Positions 36,718 to 44,367 of a stretch of DNA of 64,000 nt are shown here, piece by piece. Below the pieces are notes generated by a model. It ran no database searches. It worked only from the letters and a program-made list of their open reading frames with translations, and was not told the origin of the DNA. The DNA comes from an uncultured Candidatus Micrarchaeota archaeon (GTDB lineage: Archaea; Micrarchaeota; Micrarchaeia; Anstonellales; Bilamarchaeaceae), in the NCBI GenBank assembly GCA_963714085.1, contig OY970229.1, positions 896,001 to 960,000 of the forward strand, written 5' to 3'. Numbering within the stretch: the first letter of the stretch is position 1; each line of letters opens with the position of its first letter. Both the position numbers and the translations under genes were made by a program.

Positions 36718-37263
36718 ATGGGAACCGGTTGCATGCGCTGCGGGAACTGCTGCACGCGCTTCGTGGTCTGCGTGACTCCTTCGGACGTGCTCCGAATAGC
36801 GCAAGCCACGGGCAAAAAGCCCGGATCGTTCGTATCCGTGGTCCAAGAGCCGCTCGAGCGCGAGCGCGAGGAGCCGGCGATACTCATCGATGCAGAGCCC
36901 TGCCTGTTGGTCCTCAAGCGCATGGCAGGTAACGTGTGCATGTTCTACAATGGCGAAGGCTGCGGCGTCTACGATTCGCGGCCCATGCTCTGCAGGACCT
37001 ATCCGTTCCACCTGGAAGGCGCTTCCCTTCCGAGCATGAAATCGCGCGTATGTCCAGAACGCTGGCAGCCCTCTGCTGCGGAAAAGAAGCGCTATATCGC
37101 GGATTGCAGGAGATACGAATCCCAAATCCGCACCTACTGGAAAATCGCAATGCAATGGAACCAAAATGGGGGCAGCCTCGAATCCTTCCTCGCATTCGCG
37201 CTCGCAAACAGTTCTCCTACCCCTGAATCCAGAATCGCAAAAGCCATTGAAACGAATAAATAG
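36718..37263 (+). CDS. YkgJ/CxxCxxCC cysteine-cluster protein
   Basis: CMRCGNCC ... CMFY ... CGVYDSRPMLCRTYPF. Confidence 0.88.
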   Translation: MGTGCMRCGNCCTRFVVCVTPSDVLRIAQATGKKPGSFVSVVQEPLEREREEPAILIDAEPCLLVLKRMAGNVCMFYNGEGCGVYDSRPMLCRTYPFHLEGASLPSMKSRVCPERWQPSAAEKKRYIADCRRYESQIRTYWKIAMQWNQNGGSLESFLAFALANSSPTPESRIAKAIETNK

Positions 37264-37285
37264 CTTTCCGGTTCTATAACACTTC

Positions 37286-39817
37286 ATGTCTGCTAAAACA
37301 TCTAGCGAGAGGCATCAGACGCTCGGAGACAACGTAATCCCCCTCAGGTATCTCCTTGTCTTCGAGCCGGACCTCAAGACCTTCAAATCCAAGGGCAGCG
37401 AGGTCATAGAATGCACGGTTCGGGACAGGACAAAGGCCATACAGCTCAACTCGAAGGAGATCGATATCAAGCGCGCAGCCATAAAATCGAAAAACAGCCT
37501 TCAGAACGCGCGCATAAGGAAAAACGAGAAACTGGAGCGGATCGAGCTCGTCTTCGATAACGCGGTGAAAGGCCCGATAGAGATACGGATAGATTTCGTC
37601 TGCACGAACAACGAGAAGATGTACGGGTTCTACAGGAGCAGGTACAGCGTGGGCGGCAAGCAGAGATACATGCTCAGCTCGCAGTTCGAGGCCGCCAACG
37701 CGCGCGCCGCGTTCCCCTGCTTCGACGAGCCGGAGTTCAAGGCGGCGTTCAAGGTCTCGATGCGGATCGACAAGAGCCTGAGCGCGATCTCGAACATGCC
37801 GATAAAGAAAGAATCCCTTTCTTCAGGCAAGAAGCTCGTGGAATTCGACGAGACCCCGAAGATGTCGAGCTACTTACTTTATTTGTCAGTAGGCGAATTC
37901 GAGTTCATCGAAGACAGGCTCGGTAAGCTCAGGCTCCGCGTCATAACCACGCCCGGGAAAAAGCGATTCGCGAAGCTGCCCATGGAATACGCTAAGCGGT
38001 CGGTTAAGTGGCTGCAGGATTATTTCGGCATCGATTATCCGCTGCCGAAGCTCGACCTCATCGCCATACCGGATTTCGCCGCCGGAGCCATGGAGAACTG
38101 GGGCGCGATGACCTTCAGGGAAATCGCCCTGCTCTGCGATGAGAAGACCGCGCTTTTCAACAAGCAGTACATCGCGACCGTTGTCGCGCACGAGATCGTC
38201 CACCAGTGGTTCGGGGACCTGGTGACCATGGAATGGTGGAACGACACCTGGCTCAATGAGAGCTTCGCGGAGTTCATGAGCAACAAGGCGATAAACGAGA
38301 TCTACCCCAAGTGGCGCATAGAGACGCAATACGTCGCGAACACTTTCGGGACCGCGTTCGCAGCCGATTCCCTAAAGAGCACGCACCCCATAAGCGTGAA
38401 GGTCGACACGGTCGGGGAGGTCGTATCCATCTTCGACGCCATAAGCTATCAGAAAGGCGGAAGCATCCTGTACATGCTGGAGGACTACGTCGGAAAAGCC
38501 GTCTACAGGAAGGGGCTCCATCTTTACCTGAAGAGGCACGCATACTCCAATGCCACCAAGCGTGACCTCTGGGACGCGATCCAGCAGGCGGCGAAGGAAT
38601 CCGGGAAGAGGATCCAGGTCTCGGATGTCATCGAGAAATGGGTCACTAAGCCAGGCCACCCACTGATTCACGTCAGGAAGGCGCCGGGCGGGTTCTCGCT
38701 CAGGCAGGAGAGGTACACGCTGCTCGGCAGGGAGGATGATTCCTGGCCGATACCGCTGCATTACATGGCATCGACCGGGGTCTCGAGCACGTTGATGAGA
38801 AAGAAGGAGCAGAAGCTAAGCGTGAAGGGGGACTGGGTGAAGCTGAACTACGGGCAAAAGGGCTTCTACAGGGTGAAGTACGAAGCCGTCCTGCTTGCCG
38901 GGGTCGGGAAGCGAATAAAAGAAAACAGGATAGGCGACATCGACACCTGGGGCATAGAGAACGACCTTTTCTCATTCGTCCGGTCCGCCAGGATAAGCGT
39001 CGAGGAATACCTGGATTTCGTGAGCGATTACTGCACGGACAAGAGCTATCCGGCCAACTCGAGCATCTCCGGGCATCTCAACTGGCTCTGCAACATGGGC
39101 TATGGCCACGGTTTCGGGGAGAAGGCGAGGAAGGCAAGCATCAGCTTCCATAGGAAGGTGCTATCAAGGCTCGGATGGGAGAAACAGGACGGCGACGACA
39201 CCATCAAGGTGATGCTCAGGAACGCCGCGATATCAAGCCTCGGATTGGCCGGAGACAAGGCCACCCTCTCAAGGGCGAAAAAGGAATTCGAATCATATCT
39301 CAAAGGCGGGAAAGAGATAGACGTGAACATACGCGGTGCGATCTACGCGTTGAACGCATGGCAGGGGGATGAAAAGACCTTCGGCTTCTTCCTCAAGAGG
39401 TACAAGGAGGAGAAAGCCCCGGACGAGCAGAGAAGGAACCTCAGGGCCCTGGCCTTTTTCAGCGATCCGGCCCTGCTCCGCAGGACGCTCGACCTGAGCA
39501 AATCCGGCGAGGTGAGGCTGCAGGACTCCTTCCTGCTCCCAGCGGTGCTTTCCGAGAATACGATTGGAAAAGCGCTCATATGGGGCTGGACCAAGAAGAA
39601 CTGGCATGCGTTAATGAAGAAATACGACTCCGGCGCCCACATGCTCGGAGGGCTTGTCGACAACCTGTCCTACGTCTCGGACGCGAGGACCGCCTCGGAA
39701 ATAAAAAAATTCTTCGCCCGCAAGAGCAACAGGCGCGATGACATGAAGATGGAACTGACCCATGCGCTCGAGAGGATACAGACCAACATCAAGCTGATGG
39801 AGAAGAACCGGGACTGA
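37286..39817 (+). CDS. M1-family aminopeptidase (tricorn-interacting factor/PepN-like)
   Basis: ARAAFPCFDEP, GAMENWG, HEIVHQW...NE zinc motif, ERAP1-like C-terminus. Confidence 0.96.
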   Translation: MSAKTSSERHQTLGDNVIPLRYLLVFEPDLKTFKSKGSEVIECTVRDRTKAIQLNSKEIDIKRAAIKSKNSLQNARIRKNEKLERIELVFDNAVKGPIEIRIDFVCTNNEKMYGFYRSRYSVGGKQRYMLSSQFEAANARAAFPCFDEPEFKAAFKVSMRIDKSLSAISNMPIKKESLSSGKKLVEFDETPKMSSYLLYLSVGEFEFIEDRLGKLRLRVITTPGKKRFAKLPMEYAKRSVKWLQDYFGIDYPLPKLDLIAIPDFAAGAMENWGAMTFREIALLCDEKTALFNKQYIATVVAHEIVHQWFGDLVTMEWWNDTWLNESFAEFMSNKAINEIYPKWRIETQYVANTFGTAFAADSLKSTHPISVKVDTVGEVVSIFDAISYQKGGSILYMLEDYVGKAVYRKGLHLYLKRHAYSNATKRDLWDAIQQAAKESGKRIQVSDVIEKWVTKPGHPLIHVRKAPGGFSLRQERYTLLGREDDSWPIPLHYMASTGVSSTLMRKKEQKLSVKGDWVKLNYGQKGFYRVKYEAVLLAGVGKRIKENRIGDIDTWGIENDLFSFVRSARISVEEYLDFVSDYCTDKSYPANSSISGHLNWLCNMGYGHGFGEKARKASISFHRKVLSRLGWEKQDGDDTIKVMLRNAAISSLGLAGDKATLSRAKKEFESYLKGGKEIDVNIRGAIYALNAWQGDEKTFGFFLKRYKEEKAPDEQRRNLRALAFFSDPALLRRTLDLSKSGEVRLQDSFLLPAVLSENTIGKALIWGWTKKNWHALMKKYDSGAHMLGGLVDNLSYVSDARTASEIKKFFARKSNRRDDMKMELTHALERIQTNIKLMEKNRD

Positions 39818-39883
39818 CGGCATACTTCCATCCAACTGCAAAAAAACGCGGGATTATATTTTTTGCCTAATCCATCCCTTGCC

Positions 39884-41056
39884 ATGGCAGATGAGAAACG
39901 CATCAGCCCGATCGTCTACATCCTGGGGGTCGTCAGCTTCCTCACCGACATCTCGAGCGAGATGATATTCCCGATCCTCCCCCTGTTCATCACCTCCATC
40001 CTGGGGGCGGGTACGGCCATCCTCGGCATCATAGAAGGTGTCGCGGACAGCACGGCCAGCCTGGTGGAGATATTCTCCGGCTATTTCTCGGACAGGCTCG
40101 GGAAAAGGCGGCAGTTCATAATCGCCGGCTATGGGATATCGTCGCTGGTGAAGGTGGTCATCGCGCTGTCCACGACCTGGTGGCAGGTCCTAATAGCCCG
40201 CGGCCTGGAGCGGGTGGGCAAGGGCGTGCGCGAATCGCCGCGCGACGCGCTCATATCGTCGTCCACCGGAGCGGAGGTGCGGGGCAAGGCGTTCGGCATC
40301 CACCGCGCAATGGACAGCGCGGGCGCAGTGATAGGCCCGATAATCGCATATCTCCTGCTCCTGAAGTTCGGCAGCATGGAGCCGGGGTTCCGCACGGTCT
40401 TCCTCGCGGCCCTTATACCAGCGTTCCTGGCGGTGCTGGTCATAATCCTTTTCGTGAAGGAGCCTGAGAAGGCGGCACCCCCCAAGGTCAGGCCGCGGTT
40501 CTGGGACGCGCTGCGCCAGATGACGCCAAGATACAAGACGTTCCTCAAGGTCTCCCTGCTGTTCTCCATATCGTACTTCAGCTTCGCCTTCTTCATCGTG
40601 CGCGCCGCGGACATGGGGATCAACACCGCGAGCGTGCTGCTGATGTACGTCCTCTACAATATCATGTACGCGCTTGCCTCGGTCCCCGCGGGCGTGCTCT
40701 CGGACAGGATCGGCAGGAAGCCGGTGATAGCCGGGGCGTTCGCGCTCTACGGGCTGGTCTGCCTCGGGTTCGCTTTCTCGAGCCAATGGTGGCAGGCAGC
40801 GGCCCTCTTCGCGCTCTACGGGATCTTCGTGGCCGCAGACGACAGCGTGAACAAGGCGTTCATCGCGGACATCACCGACGAGGACAAGCGCGGCACCGCC
40901 CTGGGCGCGTACAGCACCGCTATCGGCGCAGCATACCTGCCCGCGAGCATAATCGTAGGCGCGCTCTGGGCGCTCTCTGGCCCTGTCGCAGGATTCACGC
41001 TCGCCGCGGCCATCGCGCTGCTCTCGGCGCTCCTGTTCGTGAAATACGTGAAATGA
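39884..41056 (+). CDS. MFS transporter
   Basis: TDISSEMIFP, GYFSDRLGKRR, GVLSDRIGRK. Confidence 0.93.
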   Translation: MADEKRISPIVYILGVVSFLTDISSEMIFPILPLFITSILGAGTAILGIIEGVADSTASLVEIFSGYFSDRLGKRRQFIIAGYGISSLVKVVIALSTTWWQVLIARGLERVGKGVRESPRDALISSSTGAEVRGKAFGIHRAMDSAGAVIGPIIAYLLLLKFGSMEPGFRTVFLAALIPAFLAVLVIILFVKEPEKAAPPKVRPRFWDALRQMTPRYKTFLKVSLLFSISYFSFAFFIVRAADMGINTASVLLMYVLYNIMYALASVPAGVLSDRIGRKPVIAGAFALYGLVCLGFAFSSQWWQAAALFALYGIFVAADDSVNKAFIADITDEDKRGTALGAYSTAIGAAYLPASIIVGALWALSGPVAGFTLAAAIALLSALLFVKYVK

Positions 41057-41069
41057 ACGAGGTGATGGA

Positions 41070-41528
41070 ATGGTATTGGGAATCGGGGAAGGGAAGATCG
41101 AGATAACCACTGAAAAGCAGAGCTATGCGCCCGGGGAAAAACTCAAGGGGAAGGTGACGCTCACCCTGAACCAGCCGAAAAAGGCCAGGGAGCTCAGGAT
41201 ACTCTTCTACGGGGAGCGGAGAGTCAAGGGGCCAACGATGTACACCGCCGGCTCGTCGAATAGAGGCAATGTCGAGCGGATATACCCGCAGGACATACAA
41301 CTCGCAGGGGAGCAGGAATACCCGGCCGGGGCGAGCGAATACGACTTCGAGTTCACGCTCCCGAGCCCGCAACGGATCACGCCCCAGGCGGACAATCCGC
41401 TCGCAGGGATGGTCGGCATGCTCGTGGGAGACCCCTGGGCGCGTGTCAAGTGGAAGCTCGACGCGTCGCTCAACCTCCCGATGTCCTTCGACATCAACAA
41501 CAAGATGCAGATAAATCTCGTTTTCTGA
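41070..41528 (+). CDS. Arrestin-N/SpoOM-like beta-sandwich protein
   Basis: YAPGEKLKGKVTL, YPAG..EYDFEFTLP, VKWKLDA pattern. Confidence 0.65.
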   Translation: MVLGIGEGKIEITTEKQSYAPGEKLKGKVTLTLNQPKKARELRILFYGERRVKGPTMYTAGSSNRGNVERIYPQDIQLAGEQEYPAGASEYDFEFTLPSPQRITPQADNPLAGMVGMLVGDPWARVKWKLDASLNLPMSFDINNKMQINLVF

Positions 41529-41555
41529 ATTATTTTTTCAATATTTCCCAGGCAA

Positions 41556-42056
41556 TCATCCGATCGACAGCCGCGCGATGTTCTTCAGTTCCCTGATCCT
41601 CAGGAAAGCGGCGGGAGGGAGCTTTTTTTCGAGCACTACGGTCAGTTTCGGGTTCGGATAGATGTCAGGGTCGTCGCAGACCAGCTGCCTGATGCTGATC
41701 CTCGCGTCCGCGATTATGGCGGTCACCGAGCTCACTATGCCCCTGGCATGGGGCTCGGCCTCTATCTCTATGACCTCGAACCCAAGGCTCTTCGCCACTC
41801 CCCGGATGGATGCCGTGGGTTCCAGCGCCCGGAATATGCCGAAAAGCTCCGGCACGTCGCATATCAGCTGGCCGGTCTCCAACACGACTCTCCGGTCCAC
41901 GCCGAGAGCCCGCGCTATCTTCACCGGGCTTATCTCGATATCGCCCGAAAATATGCGTCCGTTCTTGTCGACGCGCATGCCCTGCCTGAGGAGGAGCTCG
42001 GCCACCTTTTTGCGCATCGGATAGCGCAGGAACGCATCTTCCAGGATAGGATACAT
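41556..42056 (-). CDS. trpY: TrpY-like HTH-ACT amino-acid-responsive regulator (COG2150 type)
   Basis: MYPILEDAFLRYP.RKKVA, IARALGVDRRVV, ACT region ISIRQ..DDP. Divergent from trpGE. Confidence 0.75.
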   Translation of the reverse strand: MYPILEDAFLRYPMRKKVAELLLRQGMRVDKNGRIFSGDIEISPVKIARALGVDRRVVLETGQLICDVPELFGIFRALEPTASIRGVAKSLGFEVIEIEAEPHARGIVSSVTAIIADARISIRQLVCDDPDIYPNPKLTVVLEKKLPPAAFLRIRELKNIARLSIG

Positions 42057-42090
42057 AATGCACATTTTTGTACGTAAAAGCTATAAATAT
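42050..42090. promoter_or_regulatory. Divergent promoter with TRP-box-like hexamers
   Basis: TGCACA (42059-64), TTTT, TGTACG (42069-74), each one mismatch from TGTACA; TATAAATA at 42082-42089. Confidence 0.6.
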
Positions 42091-42112
42091 ATCATTGATG
42101 CCAATACTGCTT

Positions 42113-42814
42113 ATGCAACCGGCAGAAAAAATGCGCTCGGAGCGCCGCGGTCCGTATTCCTCCGGAGTCCCCACGTTCAGGCGCGCCTCCCCGCTCGCGG
42201 AAAAGCCGCGCGTGCTGCTCATAGACAACTTCGACTCGTTCACCTTCAACCTCTACCAGCTGTTCGGCATGCTCGGCGCCGAGCCGCTCGTTAAAAGGAA
42301 CGACGAGATTTCGCTCGCGCAGATAAGGGAATTCGATCCCCAGGCATTGGTGATCTCCCCAGGCCCTGGCAACCCGTCATTGAAAAAGGATTTCGGGGTG
42401 AGCGGTGATGCGATCCTGGAGTACTCCGGAAAAATCCCGGTGCTCGGGGTTTGCCTCGGCCACCAGGGCATAGTGCATGTCTTCGGCGGAAAAATCGTGC
42501 GCGCCAAGTGCCTCATGCACGGAAAGACCAGCCAAATCGCTTACCAGCGGAAAGGGATACTGTCCGATATCAGGGGCGGGCTCACAGCCATGCGCTACCA
42601 CTCGCTCGTGGCTGAGAAGGATTCGCTGCCATCGTGTCTCGAGGTCATCGCAACGAGCCGGGGCGATGGCGAGATAATGGCGATACGCCACAAGGAGCAC
42701 CCGACTTTCGGCCTGCAATTCCACCCGGAATCCGTGATGACTGAAAAAGGCCCGCTCATGATAAGCGCGTTTCTCAGCTACATCAACGGCGCTGGCCCGA
42801 GGCGAGAGTCATGA
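42113..42814 (+). CDS. trpG: Anthranilate synthase component II (glutamine amidotransferase)
   Basis: IDNFDSFTFNL, SPGPG, GVCLGHQ, RYHSL, QFHPES. Start uncertain (42098/42113/42131). Confidence 0.92.
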   Translation: MQPAEKMRSERRGPYSSGVPTFRRASPLAEKPRVLLIDNFDSFTFNLYQLFGMLGAEPLVKRNDEISLAQIREFDPQALVISPGPGNPSLKKDFGVSGDAILEYSGKIPVLGVCLGHQGIVHVFGGKIVRAKCLMHGKTSQIAYQRKGILSDIRGGLTAMRYHSLVAEKDSLPSCLEVIATSRGDGEIMAIRHKEHPTFGLQFHPESVMTEKGPLMISAFLSYINGAGPRRES

Positions 42815-44175
42815 CCACGATGCAGAAAAAACTCAGGACCAACCTGCAGCCGCATGAGATATACGCCAAGGTCCATCCACGGTACCCTAGCTCGTTCCTT
42901 CTCGAGTCTGCGGAAAAGGACGGTCAGCTCTCCCGATACTCGTTCATAGGCTTCAAGCCGGAAAAAACGTTCACTTACCGGAGGGAAAAAGGCAAGAGGG
43001 GAACGGCGTCGTTCAACTGCTGCGACATCGAGACGGAAGACCCGCTCGGCATCATGCGCAAGCTGCTCCAGGACGAGCGGGTGAGCAATGCGGTTCCGCC
43101 CGGATTCATGGGCGGTTACGTCGGGTACGTTTCCTACGACTTCATAGCTGAGCTGGAGAGGACGATAAGATTCGCCGCGCCGCCCTCGAATTTCCCGCTC
43201 CTCGAGTTCGGCCTTTACCTCGACGGCATAAGGATAAACAACCGCACCGGGGAGGCATATTACGTATCCGTGGGCCCCGACCGCTCGAAACAAGCGGAAA
43301 GCATGCTATCGGAAAGCGCAGCGCCGGCAAAGCCGCTCAGGCTCGGTGCCCGGAGATGCAGCTTCTCGAAGCAGGAATTCGAGGACGCGGTGCGGAAAAT
43401 CAAGGAGCACATACTGTGCGGCGACATATTCCAGGCGGTGCTCTCCAAGCAATACGAGATAGAGTTCACAGGAAGCCTCCTTGATTTCTATTCCAGGCTG
43501 AGGCAGATCAACCCTTCGCCATACATGTATTTCCTGAAATCCGGGGAAAGGCAGATAATCGGCTCAAGCCCGGAGAACCTGGTCAGGGTCGAGAACGGGA
43601 GGATAGACAGCTTCGCAACACTCGCAGGCACGAGGCCCAGGGGGAAAACGGACCGGCAGGACGCGGCGCTGGAGAAAGAGCTGCTCGCAGACCCGAAGGA
43701 AAGGGCGGAGCACCTGATGCTGGTGGACCTCACGCGGAACGATGTCGGCCGCGTCGCTGAGATCGGGACCGTGAGGGTAGAGGAGCTCATGCGCATACTG
43801 AAGTTCTCGCACGTCCAGCACATAATGTCGCATATATCCGCCCACCTCAGGGACGGGCTCGACGCGTTCGACGCCCTCAAGGCGATATTCCCCGCAGGCA
43901 CGCTGAGCGGCGCCCCGAAGGTGCGCGCCATGGAGATACTGGGCGCCATGGAGCCCGTCGCGCGCGGCCCCTACGGCGGCGCGGTCGGCTATTTCGGTTT
44001 CAATGGCAATGCTGATTTCGGGATATGCATCCGCACGCTCGTGGCTGACAGGAACAGGATATACGTCCAGAGCGGTGGCGGCATAGTCGCGGATTCGGTG
44101 CCTGAAAGGGAGTATGCCGAGACCGAGCACAAGGCCGGCGCCATGATGAAGGCGCTGGAGAGCTCCAGGGGCTAG
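42811..44175 (+). CDS. trpE: Anthranilate synthase component I
   Basis: LLES and NPSPYM feedback motifs, AGTRPRG, KERAEHLMLVDL, PAGTLSGAPK. Confidence 0.93.
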   Translation: MTTMQKKLRTNLQPHEIYAKVHPRYPSSFLLESAEKDGQLSRYSFIGFKPEKTFTYRREKGKRGTASFNCCDIETEDPLGIMRKLLQDERVSNAVPPGFMGGYVGYVSYDFIAELERTIRFAAPPSNFPLLEFGLYLDGIRINNRTGEAYYVSVGPDRSKQAESMLSESAAPAKPLRLGARRCSFSKQEFEDAVRKIKEHILCGDIFQAVLSKQYEIEFTGSLLDFYSRLRQINPSPYMYFLKSGERQIIGSSPENLVRVENGRIDSFATLAGTRPRGKTDRQDAALEKELLADPKERAEHLMLVDLTRNDVGRVAEIGTVRVEELMRILKFSHVQHIMSHISAHLRDGLDAFDALKAIFPAGTLSGAPKVRAMEILGAMEPVARGPYGGAVGYFGFNGNADFGICIRTLVADRNRIYVQSGGGIVADSVPEREYAETEHKAGAMMKALESSRG

Positions 44176-44194
44176 CGGCAGAACCGCGCCGCCA

Positions 44195-44367
44195 GAACTA
44201 TTATATAAGTTCACGTGCCATTCCATGCATACGAAACACATCGGTGCTCTGATGCCTGGCAAGATTGGAAAACGCCTAATCCGCATTAGGCTCGTCGCGA
44301 AGGCAGGCCAGACTGATTCTTGTTCCCGATGCCGGCGGACCAGGCGCATAAGAGGGTAGGGGATGCC
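44195..44367 (+). promoter_or_regulatory. mgtA promoter and long structured 5' leader
   Basis: GAACT-ATTATATA-AGTTC around the TATA box; hairpin GCCTAAT-CCGC-ATTAGGC at 44274-44291; further complementary segments. Confidence 0.5.

Noticed and set aside
42057..42200. Trp-rich leader peptide before trpG/trpE
   Set aside because: No short ORF with Trp codons was found. The region is better explained by a TrpY-type promoter and an N-terminal extension of TrpG.
44230..44367. Canonical M-box (ykoK) riboswitch
   Set aside because: I could not find the conserved M-box sequence elements; kept only as an unclassified leader candidate.
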